Source: Octopus sinensis (lineage: Eukaryota). Taken from it: DNA of 64,000 nucleotides. Numbering within the stretch: the stretch's first letter is position 1; every line of letters begins with the position of its first letter. The DNA is taken from NCBI RefSeq assembly GCF_006345805.1, contig NC_043008.1, positions 5,270,001 to 5,334,000 on the forward strand. Direction: 5' to 3'. The position numbers and the translations under genes were made by a program. A model generated the notes under the pieces. It ran no database searches and had not been told where the DNA came from. It saw nothing but the letters and a program-made list of their open reading frames with translations. Below, one piece after another: positions 23,800 to 35,402 of the stretch.

Positions 23800-25150
23800 T
23801 GAAAACAAAACAGAAAAACCCTCTTCATCGCATTTGGAATGTAAGAACAGCAAGAAAAACATAGAATGCAGGACTGCTTTGGTTGCCTGTGTCTTGAAGG
23901 GGATAAAAAACTGAAATAGCAGCTATTTCAGAAACCAGACTAGCAGAATGTGGTCATCTACTGGAAGTTTATGGGGATACACATTTTTCCTGATGGGTAA
24001 GCTTCAGGAAGGAAAGAAAGAGCCAAGTGTTGGATTTGCTATTCAGAATGACTTGGTGAAACGTCTTGAACTTCTGCCTGTTGATATTAGTGAAAGACTT
24101 ATGTCATTGCATATCTGCATTGGCAAAAATATGCGACTATTTTTAACTGCTCCAACCATGAACTCATAGGAAGTAGTCAAATAGCAGTTCCATTTTGAGC
24201 TACATAGCCAGTGGAGAGGTGTCTCCATCTATGACAAACTTCTCTCCCTTGGTGATTTCAATGCACGCGTAGGTTGTGATACATCCGTATGGGGGGATGT
24301 GATAGCGAAACATGCGGTATTTCGTCTGCCGCTACGTTCTGAGTTCAAATTCCGCCAAGGTCGACTTTGCCTTTCATCCTTTCGGGGTCGATTAAATAAG
24401 TACCAGTTACGCACTGGGGTCGATATAATCGACTTAATCCGTTTGTCTGTCCTTGTTTGTCCTCTGTGTTTAGCCCCTTGTGGGTAGTAAAGAAATAGGT
24501 ATTTCGTCTGTGTTTACGATCTGAGTTCAAATTCCGCTGAAATCAACTTTGCCTTTCATCCTTCGGGGTCGATTAAATAAGTACCAGTTACGCACTGGGG
24601 TCGATATAATCAACTTAATCCATTTGTCTGTCCTTGTTTGTCCTCTCTGTGTTTAGCCCCTTTTGGGTAGTAAATCTGTGGAAGCGCAATGACCCAGTGG
24701 TTAGGGCAGCAGACTCCCAGTCGGAGGATCACGGTTTCGATTTCCAAACTGGGCGTTGTGTGTGTTTATTGAGCGAAAACACCTAAAAGCTCTACGAGGC
24801 TCCAGCAGGGGTAGTGGCAACCCCTATTGTACTCTTTTGTCACAACTTTCTCTCATTCTCTCTTCCTGTTTCTTGAGTAATGCTGTGATGGACTGGCGTC
24901 CCATCCAGCTGGGAGGAACACATATGCCACAGAAACCGGGAAAAGTGTATGTTACAAAGTAAGGCAAACTCAAACGGCCATCTGCTGCTATCGCTTTGCA
25001 GTGAGTATGGACTTTTGATTACCAACACTATTTTCCAACTTCCCAATCACTACAAAACTACCTGGAAGCATCCCCAATCAGACTGTTATCACCTCATTGA
25101 TCACACAATTGTGCGGTCTTCCATGAGGGAAGATGTCCAAGTAACACGTT
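23800..25150 (+). mobile_element. BovB-like RTE apurinic endonuclease remnant interrupted by SINEs
   Basis: GYTFFLMG..SVGFAIQN..ISERLM, LGDFNARVG, then NSNGHLLLSLCSEYGLLITNTIF..TTWKHP..HLIDH after the SINE block (24313-24945). Confidence 0.8.
24677..24945 (+). mobile_element. Third tRNA-derived SINE family (relatives at 10840-11090 and 11880-12200, minus)
   Basis: tggaagcgcaatgacccagtggttagggc...ggtttcgatttcc tRNA-like head. Confidence 0.7.
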
Positions 25151-25240
25151 CTTTCTCCATTAGGGAGTGACAGTCTGACGATAGACTGACACAGTCAAAG
25201 GTGAATATTACTGTCTGCAGTCCTATTCGTAACATACATT

Positions 25241-25640
25241 TCATTGTTCGACCGTGGTCAAGACGATGGAATTTACTATGTTACGCCAGACGGTCCATCA
25301 TAGCATTGCGGAGGTCCTGTTGCTGGAGGCTTGTATCCCTGGAGATTACATCAGGGTAGGAGAGTGTGTGCCCTCTGGTATTGCGAGCAAATGGCTTCCA
25401 GAGGAGAAGAGTAGAAATTACCTCGTTTTCAGCTCTACAACGATGTCCAGCAAACTGGACTCTTCTACCTTTCACAAGAGATGATGCAGGTGGTAATTTC
25501 CCATATATTTGTACTTTGGTTGGATGACACTTCCACGAGAGATTTTGAGCTCTCATAAGGAGGCGAGTGTAAGTTCCAACCAACTGCCTCTCAAGCTTCT
25601 TTGATAACGTCCAGGTTTCTGAGCCATATAGTAGAATTTC
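25241..25640 (-). mobile_element. RTE LINE 3' fragment
   Basis: GTYTRLLMRAQNLSWK...RVQFAGH; same family as 39355, 54155, 61590 and 2851. Confidence 0.85.
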
Positions 25641-26838
25641 TCCTCTTACACTTTCCTGTTTTAGAACTTTTTCTTATATGTACATTCCCTTCCAGTCGTT
25701 TCAAAATGTAACTACAATTCGATGACTGGCATCCGTGCTAGCAGGGTGCAAAGAGCACAATACGAGTGTGATCGTTTGACAGAGCGGTAACCGGCTTCCG
25801 TGCCACTGGCACCATTCGACAGCGTCGCCTTACTGGCACTTGTGCCCGTGAGTAGGGTGCCAAGAGCACCATCCGAGCATGATCGTTGCTAGAGCAGCCA
25901 ACTGGCTTCCATGCCGTGGCATGTAAAAGGGCACCATTCGAGCATGATCGTTACCAACGTCGCCTTACTGGCACCTGTGCCAGTGACATGTGTAAAAAGA
26001 TTCGAGCGAGGTCATTGCCAGTACCACCTGACTGGCCCCCATGCCGGTGGCACGTAAAAGGACCCACTACACTCTTGGAGTGGTTGGCGTTAGGAAGGGC
26101 ATCCAGCTGTAGAAACACTGCCAGATCAGCCTGCTGCAGCCTCCAGGCTTCCAAGACCCCAGTCGAACCGTCCAACCCGTGCTAGCACGGAAAACGGACG
26201 CTATACGATGATGATGATGATGAACAGTGGATCACAGTATTGAGTTTATTAACTCGAAAGATTGTACCCACGTGCAAGAAGTGGGAATAAGCAGATGGGA
26301 AACGAGGAAATAAAAGGACACAACTTTCGTCTGAATTTTCACTACAAAAAACCTATTAATTGTTTATATGAGCTGACTTTCATCATCGAAATGTTTTGCT
26401 TTGATTTTCATCATCATCATCATCATCATCATCATCGTTTGACGTCCATTCTCCATGCTAGCATGGGTTGGACGGTTCGACCGGGGTCTGGTAAGCCATG
26501 GAGGCTGCACCAGGCTCCAGTCTGATCTGGCAGTGTTTCTACAGCTGGATGCCCTTCCTAATGCCAACAACTCCGTGAGTGTAGTGGGTGCTTTTTACGT
26601 GTCACCGGCACAGGGGCCAGATGAGGCTGGCAAACGGCCACAAAAACTGAATAAAAAGTGATCTATAAAAAATAACTCTAAATTAAGTTTCTTCTCAAAG
26701 AACAAAAGTTAAAGAAAAAAAAACACGATAAGATCTTGCATGTAAAATTTTTGGATCTGACCCGCTAAACAAATTTCAATTCTTATCCAGTGCCTATGTA
26801 ACATTCTTCTAAAAGTTTTAAGGAACAGGTGAATAATA

Positions 26839-27404
26839 TTGGGTTGTCCGGAAAGTTCATGCCGATTTTTAAAGGAAAGAAAACAGTCAATAAATACTTA
26901 CCATTACATTTTTAATCAATCAAATATGAACCATTTTGTTGCACAATGCGTCTCCATCTTTCCTTTAACTTGAAAATACCCTCTTCCCAGAATTGAGGTA
27001 GTTTCATGGCAAAGAATTCATCAAGGTATCTTTTTATGTCATCCAAGGAATTGAAATTTTTACCATTAAGACTATTCTGCAGAGACCTGAATAAGTGGAA
27101 ATCCAAAGGAGCAATATCTGGTGAATATGGAGGGTGGGGTAACACATCCAAGCAGAGCAGCAGCAATTTTTGTCTGGTTCCCAAAGCATCAAGTGCCGAA
27201 AATGAACTTTCTTATCTTCCATTTTAAAGGGTTACAGAATTAACACAGGTTATAGGAATATAAACCTTCATTCATGAAAAGATAGCTTATAGTGTGCTTT
27301 AAATGGAGGTATAGTCAAATCCTGCTTTATGGACCCAGCCATGTTCTAAAATAAGTCAAAAGGTAAGCTACTATAAATCGGCACGAACTTTCCGGACAAC
27401 CCAA
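26839..27404 (-). mobile_element. Mariner deletion derivative (566 bp), second copy
   Basis: Same TIRs, TA TSDs and YSPDIAP fragment as 9903-10468. Confidence 0.93.
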
Positions 27405-29589
27405 TAAAATGAGATTCAGCGTGAAAAATGACATGAATATACCAACTTTGAAAATTTTTCACTTCATTTTTTAACATTTCAAGAACTGCGACACGAACAC
27501 AAAAGATGCCAGAGTGCTATTTTGCATGGAACTTAAGGAGCAGAGAATTTCGTCAACCCTTTAACAATTTCGCCAATTTCTCTCGCCTGATATGTTATTC
27601 TATCAATTCCAGATGAATAAAAAAGCAAATTTGACTTCCAAGATATTTGAACTTGGAACAGATTTGGAAGAAGGTATTTTATCCGATGGACTGAACATTT
27701 TGCCAGTTCACTCCATCTTTTTTATTAATATTGCACCTTATATAGGTACAAGGCTAGAAAGCTGATGAAAAGAGGTTAACAGTTTGTTTCCACCTATTAT
27801 TTGATTTGACTTTCACTTTATCAACACCAGAGGATGAAAGCAGTGCAGTCTTAAGCATGGTTATTATACACAGAAGTTTTCTGAGCGACTCACGAGTCCA
27901 CGGAGTCCATTGCTAATTTATGTATGTTGTGATTGTTTATGTAGGGTCCCTAATGTACTGTTTTGTCTTCTTAACATTCCTTGTCCCAAAAACTGCTAAG
28001 AAAGGCCCTGCATGAAATACAAAATTAACCTTTGCTCAGATTTGAACTCAGAACATAAAGAGCCTGATCAAATACCTATTTCTTTATTGCCCACAAGGGG
28101 CTAAACACAGAGGGGACGAACAAGGACAGACAAACGGGTTAAGTTGATTATATCGACCCCAGTGTGTAACTGGTACATATTTAATCAACCCCGAAAGGAT
28201 GAAAGGCAATGTCGACCTCTGTGGAATTTGAACTCAGAACGTAACAGCAGACGAAATACTGCTAAGTATTTCGCCCGGCGTGCTAACGTTTCTGCCAGCT
28301 CGCCACCAGATCAAATACTGCAAGGCATTTTGTCTGATGCTGTAACAGCTTCCATTAATGTGCCGTCTTTTCAACAAAATACAACCTAATTTATTTATTG
28401 CCATCTGAACATTATCTTTATGTAAAAGTTTGATTTTTCTTTTGTTCCTACAAACATTAGAAAATTGTTTTTTTCTCTATTTTATATTTATTAAAAAATA
28501 TAAAATGAAAAAATGGCGTCAACACAACATGATGAGATTGAATTTAATATTCATTTCTTGAAGAAAATATCATTGTTTTGTTTATCAATTTGAAATTATC
28601 CATTCTAGTAATTAGAAAACGTTTCAGTCAGCACAGTTAAGGTTTCTCGTGTTTTTCATTTCCTTTATGGTGTGTTTATGTCATGTGTGCTGTGCTGGGT
28701 GTACAATTTAGAGAGGACATACAAATGAGACAGATTTCAGACGAGCACGTCAAACAAATAGAATGGTTGAACAATTTCCCAACAAATAATTTACTCTCTG
28801 TCAGTCTGTCTTTCTTTCTCTCTCTCACACACACACCAGATACACACATATCTATACAAATACATACTTATCATCATCATCATTTAACGTCCGCTTTCCA
28901 TGCAATTTGACTGAGGACTGGTGAAACTTATGGCTGCACCAGGCTCCAATCTGATCTGGCAGAGTTTCTACAGCTGGATGCCCGTCCTAACGCCAACCAC
29001 TCCGAGAGTGTTGTGGGTGCTTTTTACGTGCCCCAGGCACAAGGGCCGGCCTGGCGGTACTGGCAACGGCCACGCTCAAAATTGTGTTTTTTATGTGCCA
29101 CCTGCACAGGAGCCAATCCAGCGGCACTGGCAATGACCTCGCTCGAATGTTTTCTTCTCTGTCTGTCTGTCTGTGTCTATCTGTCTCTCTCACACACACA
29201 CACACATATCTATATAAATACACACTTATCATCATCATCGCTTAACGTCCGCTTTCCATGGTAGCGTGGGTTGGACGATTTGACTGAGGACTGGTGAACC
29301 AGATGGCTGCACCAGGCTCCAATCTTGAACTGGCAGAGTTTCTATGGCTGGATGCCCTTCCTAACACCAACCACTTCAAGACTGTAGTGGGTACTTTTCC
29401 GTGCCACAGGCACAAAAGCTGGTCTGGCAGTACTGGCAACGGCCACACTCAAATGGTGCTTTTTACATGCCACCTGCACAGGAGTCAGTCCAGCAGCACT
29501 GGCAATGACCTCGCTCAAATATTTTGTTCATGTGCCAGTAAGGCGACGCTGATATATATATGAGATTTTCTAACTGGCTACTTTGCTTG

Positions 29590-31010
29590 TAATATAAATT
29601 GGGTTGAGGAATAATTCATGAGTGGTTTTTCTTTTTTCAAAATTATTTTGAACAAAAATACAACAAATTAATCAATAATGCACTCTCTGTTGTTGTTTAC
29701 GACTTCCTCCCAACATTCAATAAATTTTTTGATGCCTTGGCAATAGAAATCTCCTGGTCTTGACTCAAAGCCCTCAATCCCACATCATTATTGAACAATA
29801 CACTGCTAAACGAGTTTGAAAGGAGTCGAAAGAGATGAAAATCTAATAGTGCTGTGTATGGAGAATGAGGCAGCACTTCGCATTCGAGTTCTTGAATCCC
29901 GGCTTTGGTTGTATTTGTACTTTGGTTGGATGACGCTTCCACGAGAGATTTTGAGCTCCCATAAGGAGGCGAGTGTAAGTTCCATCCAACCACCTCTCAA
30001 GCTTCTTTGATAACATCCAGGTTTCTGAGCCATATCGTAGAATTGGTTCGACTGTGGCTTTGAAGATTTTAAGTTTGGAATCTCTACTCAGATTTGATGA
30101 CCAGATCTTATGCATATCATTACAGGCTGACCTAGCCATACCCTTTCTAGTTAGAAAATATTTTTCAGATGATGATATGTATGACCCAAGATATTTGTAA
30201 TCAGAAACCATATTTAAGAGCGTATTGTTGAGAGTATGGATGATGAAATCACTGTTGGACAGGCATGTTTATATATTCAGTCTTGGACTCATTGAGGTAA
30301 AGACCTATACAATTTGAGGCTTGTTCAAGAGATTGTAAAAGAGACTGGGCATTGGAGAGAGAATCACTGATAAGAGCAATGTCGTCAGCGAAGTCAATGT
30401 CTGTTAAGTGTTCAGCTGGGTGTCTGGAACTTCTTCTAGGTTTTATTTCAAAGCCCTTACCAGAAATGGTATCAACTGACATACGTAGCACATAGTCAAC
30501 GGCTTTGGTTATATTGGTAATGTGAGGATGGGTGTTGTCGTGTTGCAAAAGAACGCTGTTTCGTCTATTTGGTCTTTTTTGTTGAATTTCTTCGGAGAGT
30601 AGGTGCAGTTGTTGAGTGTCAAGCTCCATATTGAGTGTTTAGTTGTGCTCAAGCAGTTCATAATGAATTATGCCTTCCCAGTCCTGCCATACACACATAG
30701 TTTTTCGAGGATGAAGGTCTTGATTTGCTTGCAGAGTCATTTATTTGTTGGGGCTGAGCCATTCTTTTCGCTGCTTCATATTGACGTATAAAGGCACCAT
30801 TTCTCATCAATTTGGGGATCCTGTTGTCTGCTAGAATATGGTTGGGGTCCTTTCCTTTGCTTGCAATATATGCAGGTTGCATTGATAATCAGCTGGCGGA
30901 GGCTCTGCCTGGGGTTGAATGGTAGTTGCAGCATATTGATGTGGTAATAAAAATTACTTCAACTGTGCGATGAACAGGGAGGTGAAACTCTGAGGAAGGG
31001 TTCTGTGATA
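29590..31010 (-). mobile_element. Degenerate mariner of a second family, interrupted by an RTE fragment
   Basis: QQLHLLSEEIQQKRPNRRNSVLLQHDNTHPH continues after the insertion as IQELECEVLPHSPY...DFHLFR. A TIR-like gggttgaggaataattcatgag lies near 29600. Confidence 0.75.
29911..30499 (-). mobile_element. Internal RTE RT fragment (FADD..YLGS) flanked by an 11 bp TSD, lacking the normal 3' tail
   Basis: TSD CGGCTTTGGTT at 29900-29910 and 30500-30510; IDFADDIALISD and YKYLGSYI motifs. Confidence 0.85.
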
Positions 31011-31108
31011 ATTTTTCAACTTTAGTAAAAAGTATATCACTCTACTTTTGATGTTCAATTACTATTTTTTCCACCTCTTTTTGCACTTGCGTGCTCACCT
31101 GTGTGTGA

Positions 31109-31144
<36 letters not shown>

Positions 31145-31987
31145 TCATCATCATCATCAACATCATCATTGTTTAACATCCGTTTTCCACAGGTGCCAGG
31201 GGGGGCTGGCAACGGCCACGATCAGTTGGTGCTTTTTACGTGCCTCTAGCAGGGAAGCCAGTCAAGGTGACGCTGGCATAGGCCACGTACAGATGGTGCT
31301 TTTAACGTGCCACCGGCACAGGTATCACAACTACAATTTGCTTTTGATATTTATTTTGATGTTGATGTCCTTGACTCAATAGGTCTCCTCAAGCACAGCA
31401 CGTTGCCCTATGATCCAAGGTAAGCACAGCAGGCCATCCTGGGATCCAAGGCACTTTGGATGGGCTGGGGCTTCTAAGTGAAGTTGGTACAGGAAACAGC
31501 CACGAATCACGTTATTTGTTGGGTCTTTGCAGTCACAGCATATCTTCAGAGGTCTCGGTCTTTCGTCATTGCCTCTGTGAGACCCAACGTTTGGAGGTCA
31601 TGCTTGACCACCTGATCCCATGTCTTCCTGGGTCTACCTCTACCCCAGATTCCTTCAACTGTTTGGGAATGGCACTTCTTCACACATCTCTCCTCATCCA
31701 CCCGTAGTACATGACCATACTATATATATATATATATAATAGTATTTTGTAATCTACATGCTTATAAGCCATTACTGTGCAATGACTAAGGAAAACAGAC
31801 CAATAGTGGGGCATATAAGCCCTCAACGGAAAACAGTAGGGTTTCCCATACTCCTTTGTTTTCATGACAAGTGTGCTAGACAATAACACCAACATACAAC
31901 CATCGCAGTGAAATTATATCTATCTATATATGTGTGTGTGTGTGTGTGTATAGATAGATATAGAGAGATATATGGATAGATATATAA

Positions 31988-32020
<33 letters not shown>

Positions 32021-32179
32021 TTTATATATAGATATAATTATAAATTAGGGTATCTGAGAGATACCACCATGCTGAAATAGCAGTCAAAACCTGACTCTAA
32101 AGCCACATTAAACGTTCATATAGCACCATGAGAGAAGACAGAGAGACAAAATAAACTAGCAAAAAAATTTTACTGGATA

Positions 32180-32238
32180 ATTCCAGATCCGGGATTTCTG
32201 GCTTTGCATAAGAGATGCTCTGCCTTCTTCAGTGGAAT
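32180..32238 (-). ncRNA. Candidate minimal type I hammerhead ribozyme, all core bases intact
   Basis: ATTCCA-CTGAAGA-[aGGC..gcat/atgc..GCCa]-GAAA-TCCCGGA-TC|TGGAAT; perfect 6 bp stem I. Confidence 0.7.
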
Positions 32239-32275
32239 ATACTCAACACATAATATAAATATATGTATATATATG

Positions 32276-32331
<56 letters not shown>

Positions 32332-32406
32332 ATACCAGAGTAAACACATAAATGTGAAACAAGGTGGGAAAAAGAGTACTCAAATACCAGTGGTAGAGCA
32401 ATATGC

Positions 32407-32547
32407 TTTATTTAAAGCAGCAGAAAATTCAACAAAACCTGTCACTCTGAGTTTCCCGTTACAGTTCATCGGCAAAAACTGTCCGATGAACGGCAACGGG
32501 AAACTCAGAGTAACAGGTTTTGTTGAATTTTCTGCTGCTTTAAATAA
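32407..32547. repeat. ~140 bp palindrome, each arm with a CCGATGA...GAAAC hammerhead-like motif (Penelope-like remnant)
   Basis: Arms pair around the loop caaaaactgt (32473-32482). Confidence 0.85.
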
Positions 32548-33049
32548 GGTATATATATATATATATATATATACAACATACGATATACTTACATATACAA
32601 AAGTCTATACATGCATATATATGCATGTATGTATACGACCAGCTTAAATTGCCCGCCTAACAGCTCCTTGTGCGATAATGACGAAATATATATAAATTTA
32701 TATAAATAAGGATAAGATTGATATTTAAATATCGATCTTATCAAGTGGCCAGCATGGGAATAAAAACCTTACAAAGGTAATAATTATTTAAAATTATAAA
32801 TTAGGGTATCTGCGGGATACCACCATGCTGAACTATACTGTCAACTTAATAGCAGTGGTGTGATTCCCTTCATGGGACTGTCACATTAAGTTGACAGTAT
32901 ACAACTATTCTATTGTACCACTACTGCTTATATCTCTCTGAGATATTTAGGAATGTAATATTTCTATTTTTGTTGTCAGTGAATTTATTTCACTAGAATT
33001 CTTAAAAGTTTACAAGGGCTAGACAGGCATCTCCAGCTGCAGGCCACGG

Positions 33050-33099
33050 GTACTCCAGACTGATGACAAGCAAAGACTCAGAAACTAGTCTCTGAGTGC
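33050..33099 (+). ncRNA. Candidate minimal hammerhead ribozyme with degenerate stem II
   Basis: gtACTcCAGA-CTGATGA-caagcaaagactca-GAAAC-TA-GTC|TCTGAGTgc; palindromic ACTAGT stem III. Confidence 0.5.
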
Positions 33100-33254
33100 A
33101 GGCTTAGCTGGGTGGGGTGCTTATCTCCCCCTTGTAAACATTAGGACACAGGAATGTCAAGGCCGACAGGAAGTGTTGATGCTTCCTAGGGTTAAATAGC
33201 AGTGGTGTGATTCCCTTCATGGGACTGTCACATTAAGTTGACAGCATACAACTA

Positions 33255-33308
<54 letters not shown>

Positions 33309-33954
33309 TACCTGGGATGAAGTGGTGAAGCACGACCTTCGAACTTTTGGTCTCACCGAGGAAATGACTAGAGACCAAGACCTTTGGAAGTATGCTGTGC
33401 GTGAGAAGACCCGGCAGGACAAGTGAGACCATAACCCGTGGCCTCTACCTGGGATGTGGCCAATCCACTTATGCATACCTTTCCTTCTTGGGACACAAAA
33501 CTCTACTTGTGAAGACCTGTTGAGGCAAGTGAGAATCCGAATCGAAATCGAAATCGATCAACATCAATGGAAATTGTAGCTGTGATGCCAGTGCCGGTGG
33601 CACATAAGAGAACTATCCGAATGTGACTGTTGCCAGCGCCACCCCGACTGGCGTCCATGCCGGTGGCACCATCCGATCCTGGCTGTTGCCAGCCTCGCTT
33701 GGCCTCTGTGCCGGTGGCACGTAAAAAGCACCATCTGATCGTGGCCGTTTGCCAGCCTCGTCTGGCACCTGTGCCGGTGGCACATAAAAAGCACCCACTA
33801 TACTCACAGAGTGGTTGGCGTTAGGAGGGGCATCCAGCCGTAGAAACATTGCCAGATCAGACTGGGCCTGGTGCAGCCTTCTGGCTTCCCAGACCACAGT
33901 TGAACTGTCCAACCCATGCTAGCATGGAAAGCGGACGCTAAACGATGATGTTGA

Positions 33955-34105
33955 TGATAATGATATATATATATATAATATAATATATATATATATATAT
34001 AATAATATATATATAATATATAGATATATATATATATAATATATATATATAATAATAATATATATATATATAATATAATATATATAATATATATATAATA
34101 TATAT

Positions 34106-34138
<33 letters not shown>

Positions 34139-34156
34139 ATATATATATATATATAT

Positions 34157-34189
<33 letters not shown>

Positions 34190-34285
34190 ATATATATAAT
34201 ATATATATATATATATAATATATAATATATATATATATATATTATATAATATATATATATATATATAATAATATAATATATATAT

Positions 34286-34335
<50 letters not shown>

Positions 34336-34341
34336 ATATTG
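33955..34341. repeat. Long degenerate (AT)n/(ATA)n microsatellite
   Basis: ~385 bp of almost exclusively A and T. Confidence 0.95.
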
Positions 34342-34403
34342 ATAAAAACGGTGAGATAACAAAAGAAAGAAAGAGACCTCGATATTATGTGAATAGAGGA
34401 ATT

Positions 34404-34567
34404 TATCTGTAAATGTAATATGTGACATTTATTCGGTAGCCATGATAATGCTCTGAGTTCGGATGCCGAGGTGGAAATTCACGCCGCCATCTCTTCAGTT
34501 ATCCGGCATCCGAAACTCGGAGTTTTATCATGGCTACTGAATAATTGTCACATATTACATTTACAGA
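34404..34567. repeat. Palindromic Penelope-like remnant containing a mutated hammerhead (34503-34444, minus)
   Basis: Inverted arms around 34468-34503; the minus strand reads GATAA-CTGAAGA-...-GAAC-TCAGAGC-A|TTATC. Confidence 0.7.
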
Positions 34568-34791
34568 TCATCATCATCGTCATTTAATGTCCGCTTTCCA
34601 TGCTAGCATTTGACCGAGGTCTGGCAAACCAGACTCCAATCTCATCTGGCAGAGTTTCTACAGCTAGATGCCCTTCCTCACGCCAACCACTCCGTGAGTG
34701 TAGCGGCATTGGCGACGACCGCTCAAATGTTTCACGTGCCACCAGCACACACACACACACACGCACATATATATATATATATATATATATA

Positions 34792-35271
34792 CAGTGGGGG
34801 GAAATAAATATTCGTACATGTCAAAATTCTTCATTTATCTCATTTCTAATGAACATAAACGGGATATACCAATACTATACTTGCATACACATGCATAAAC
34901 TAAGAATATGTGGCATAGAAAATCATAAATTTATTCTGTACGAATACTTTTTTCACCCCTAAATATTTATGATTGTATATAAATTCCTTAGTTACTATAA
35001 TTTATTAGTTTCTTTTGCATATTCTTAGTTTATGCATCTGTATGCAAATATAGTAAAGATCCAGTGCACCGTGCAAGATTTCCCTTAGATCTTTAAGAAA
35101 AATGAAGTGAAGAATCAAAGATTTGTTAGCTCCAGGGACTAGTGTTACACTTCGAACAATCAGCAATGAACTTCATAGGAATGAACTGAAATCACGCTCT
35201 CCTAGAAAAACTCCGCTGTTGACTAAAAGGCATAGAGATGCCCGTTTAAAATTTGTTTATGAACATAAAGA
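34792..35271 (+). mobile_element. Tc1-like transposon 5' remnant
   Basis: TA|CAGTGGGGGAAATAAATATTCGTAC terminus; VTLRTISNELHRNELKSRSPRKTPLLTKRHRDARLKF is a Tc1 HTH/GRPR-like linker region. Confidence 0.75.
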
Positions 35272-35402
35272 GGATCTTTTCACCCTGTGGCCATAAACTG
35301 AGGGGTCACTCGTAAACAGACCTGGATAAGAAAACTGTTCCCTCTTTAGTGACTACCCATAATTATGACCCTAGTATCGATCTATTGCCTTTCAATCTGT
35401 TT

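Noticed and set aside
24677-24760. tRNA gene
   Set aside because: The A/B-box-like head lacks a complete cloverleaf and continues into a SINE body; the same holds for the other SINE heads.
25168-25218. CTGACGA motif flanked by gacagt/actgtc
   Set aside because: There is no proper GAAA...UH segment; it is probably local inverted repeats.
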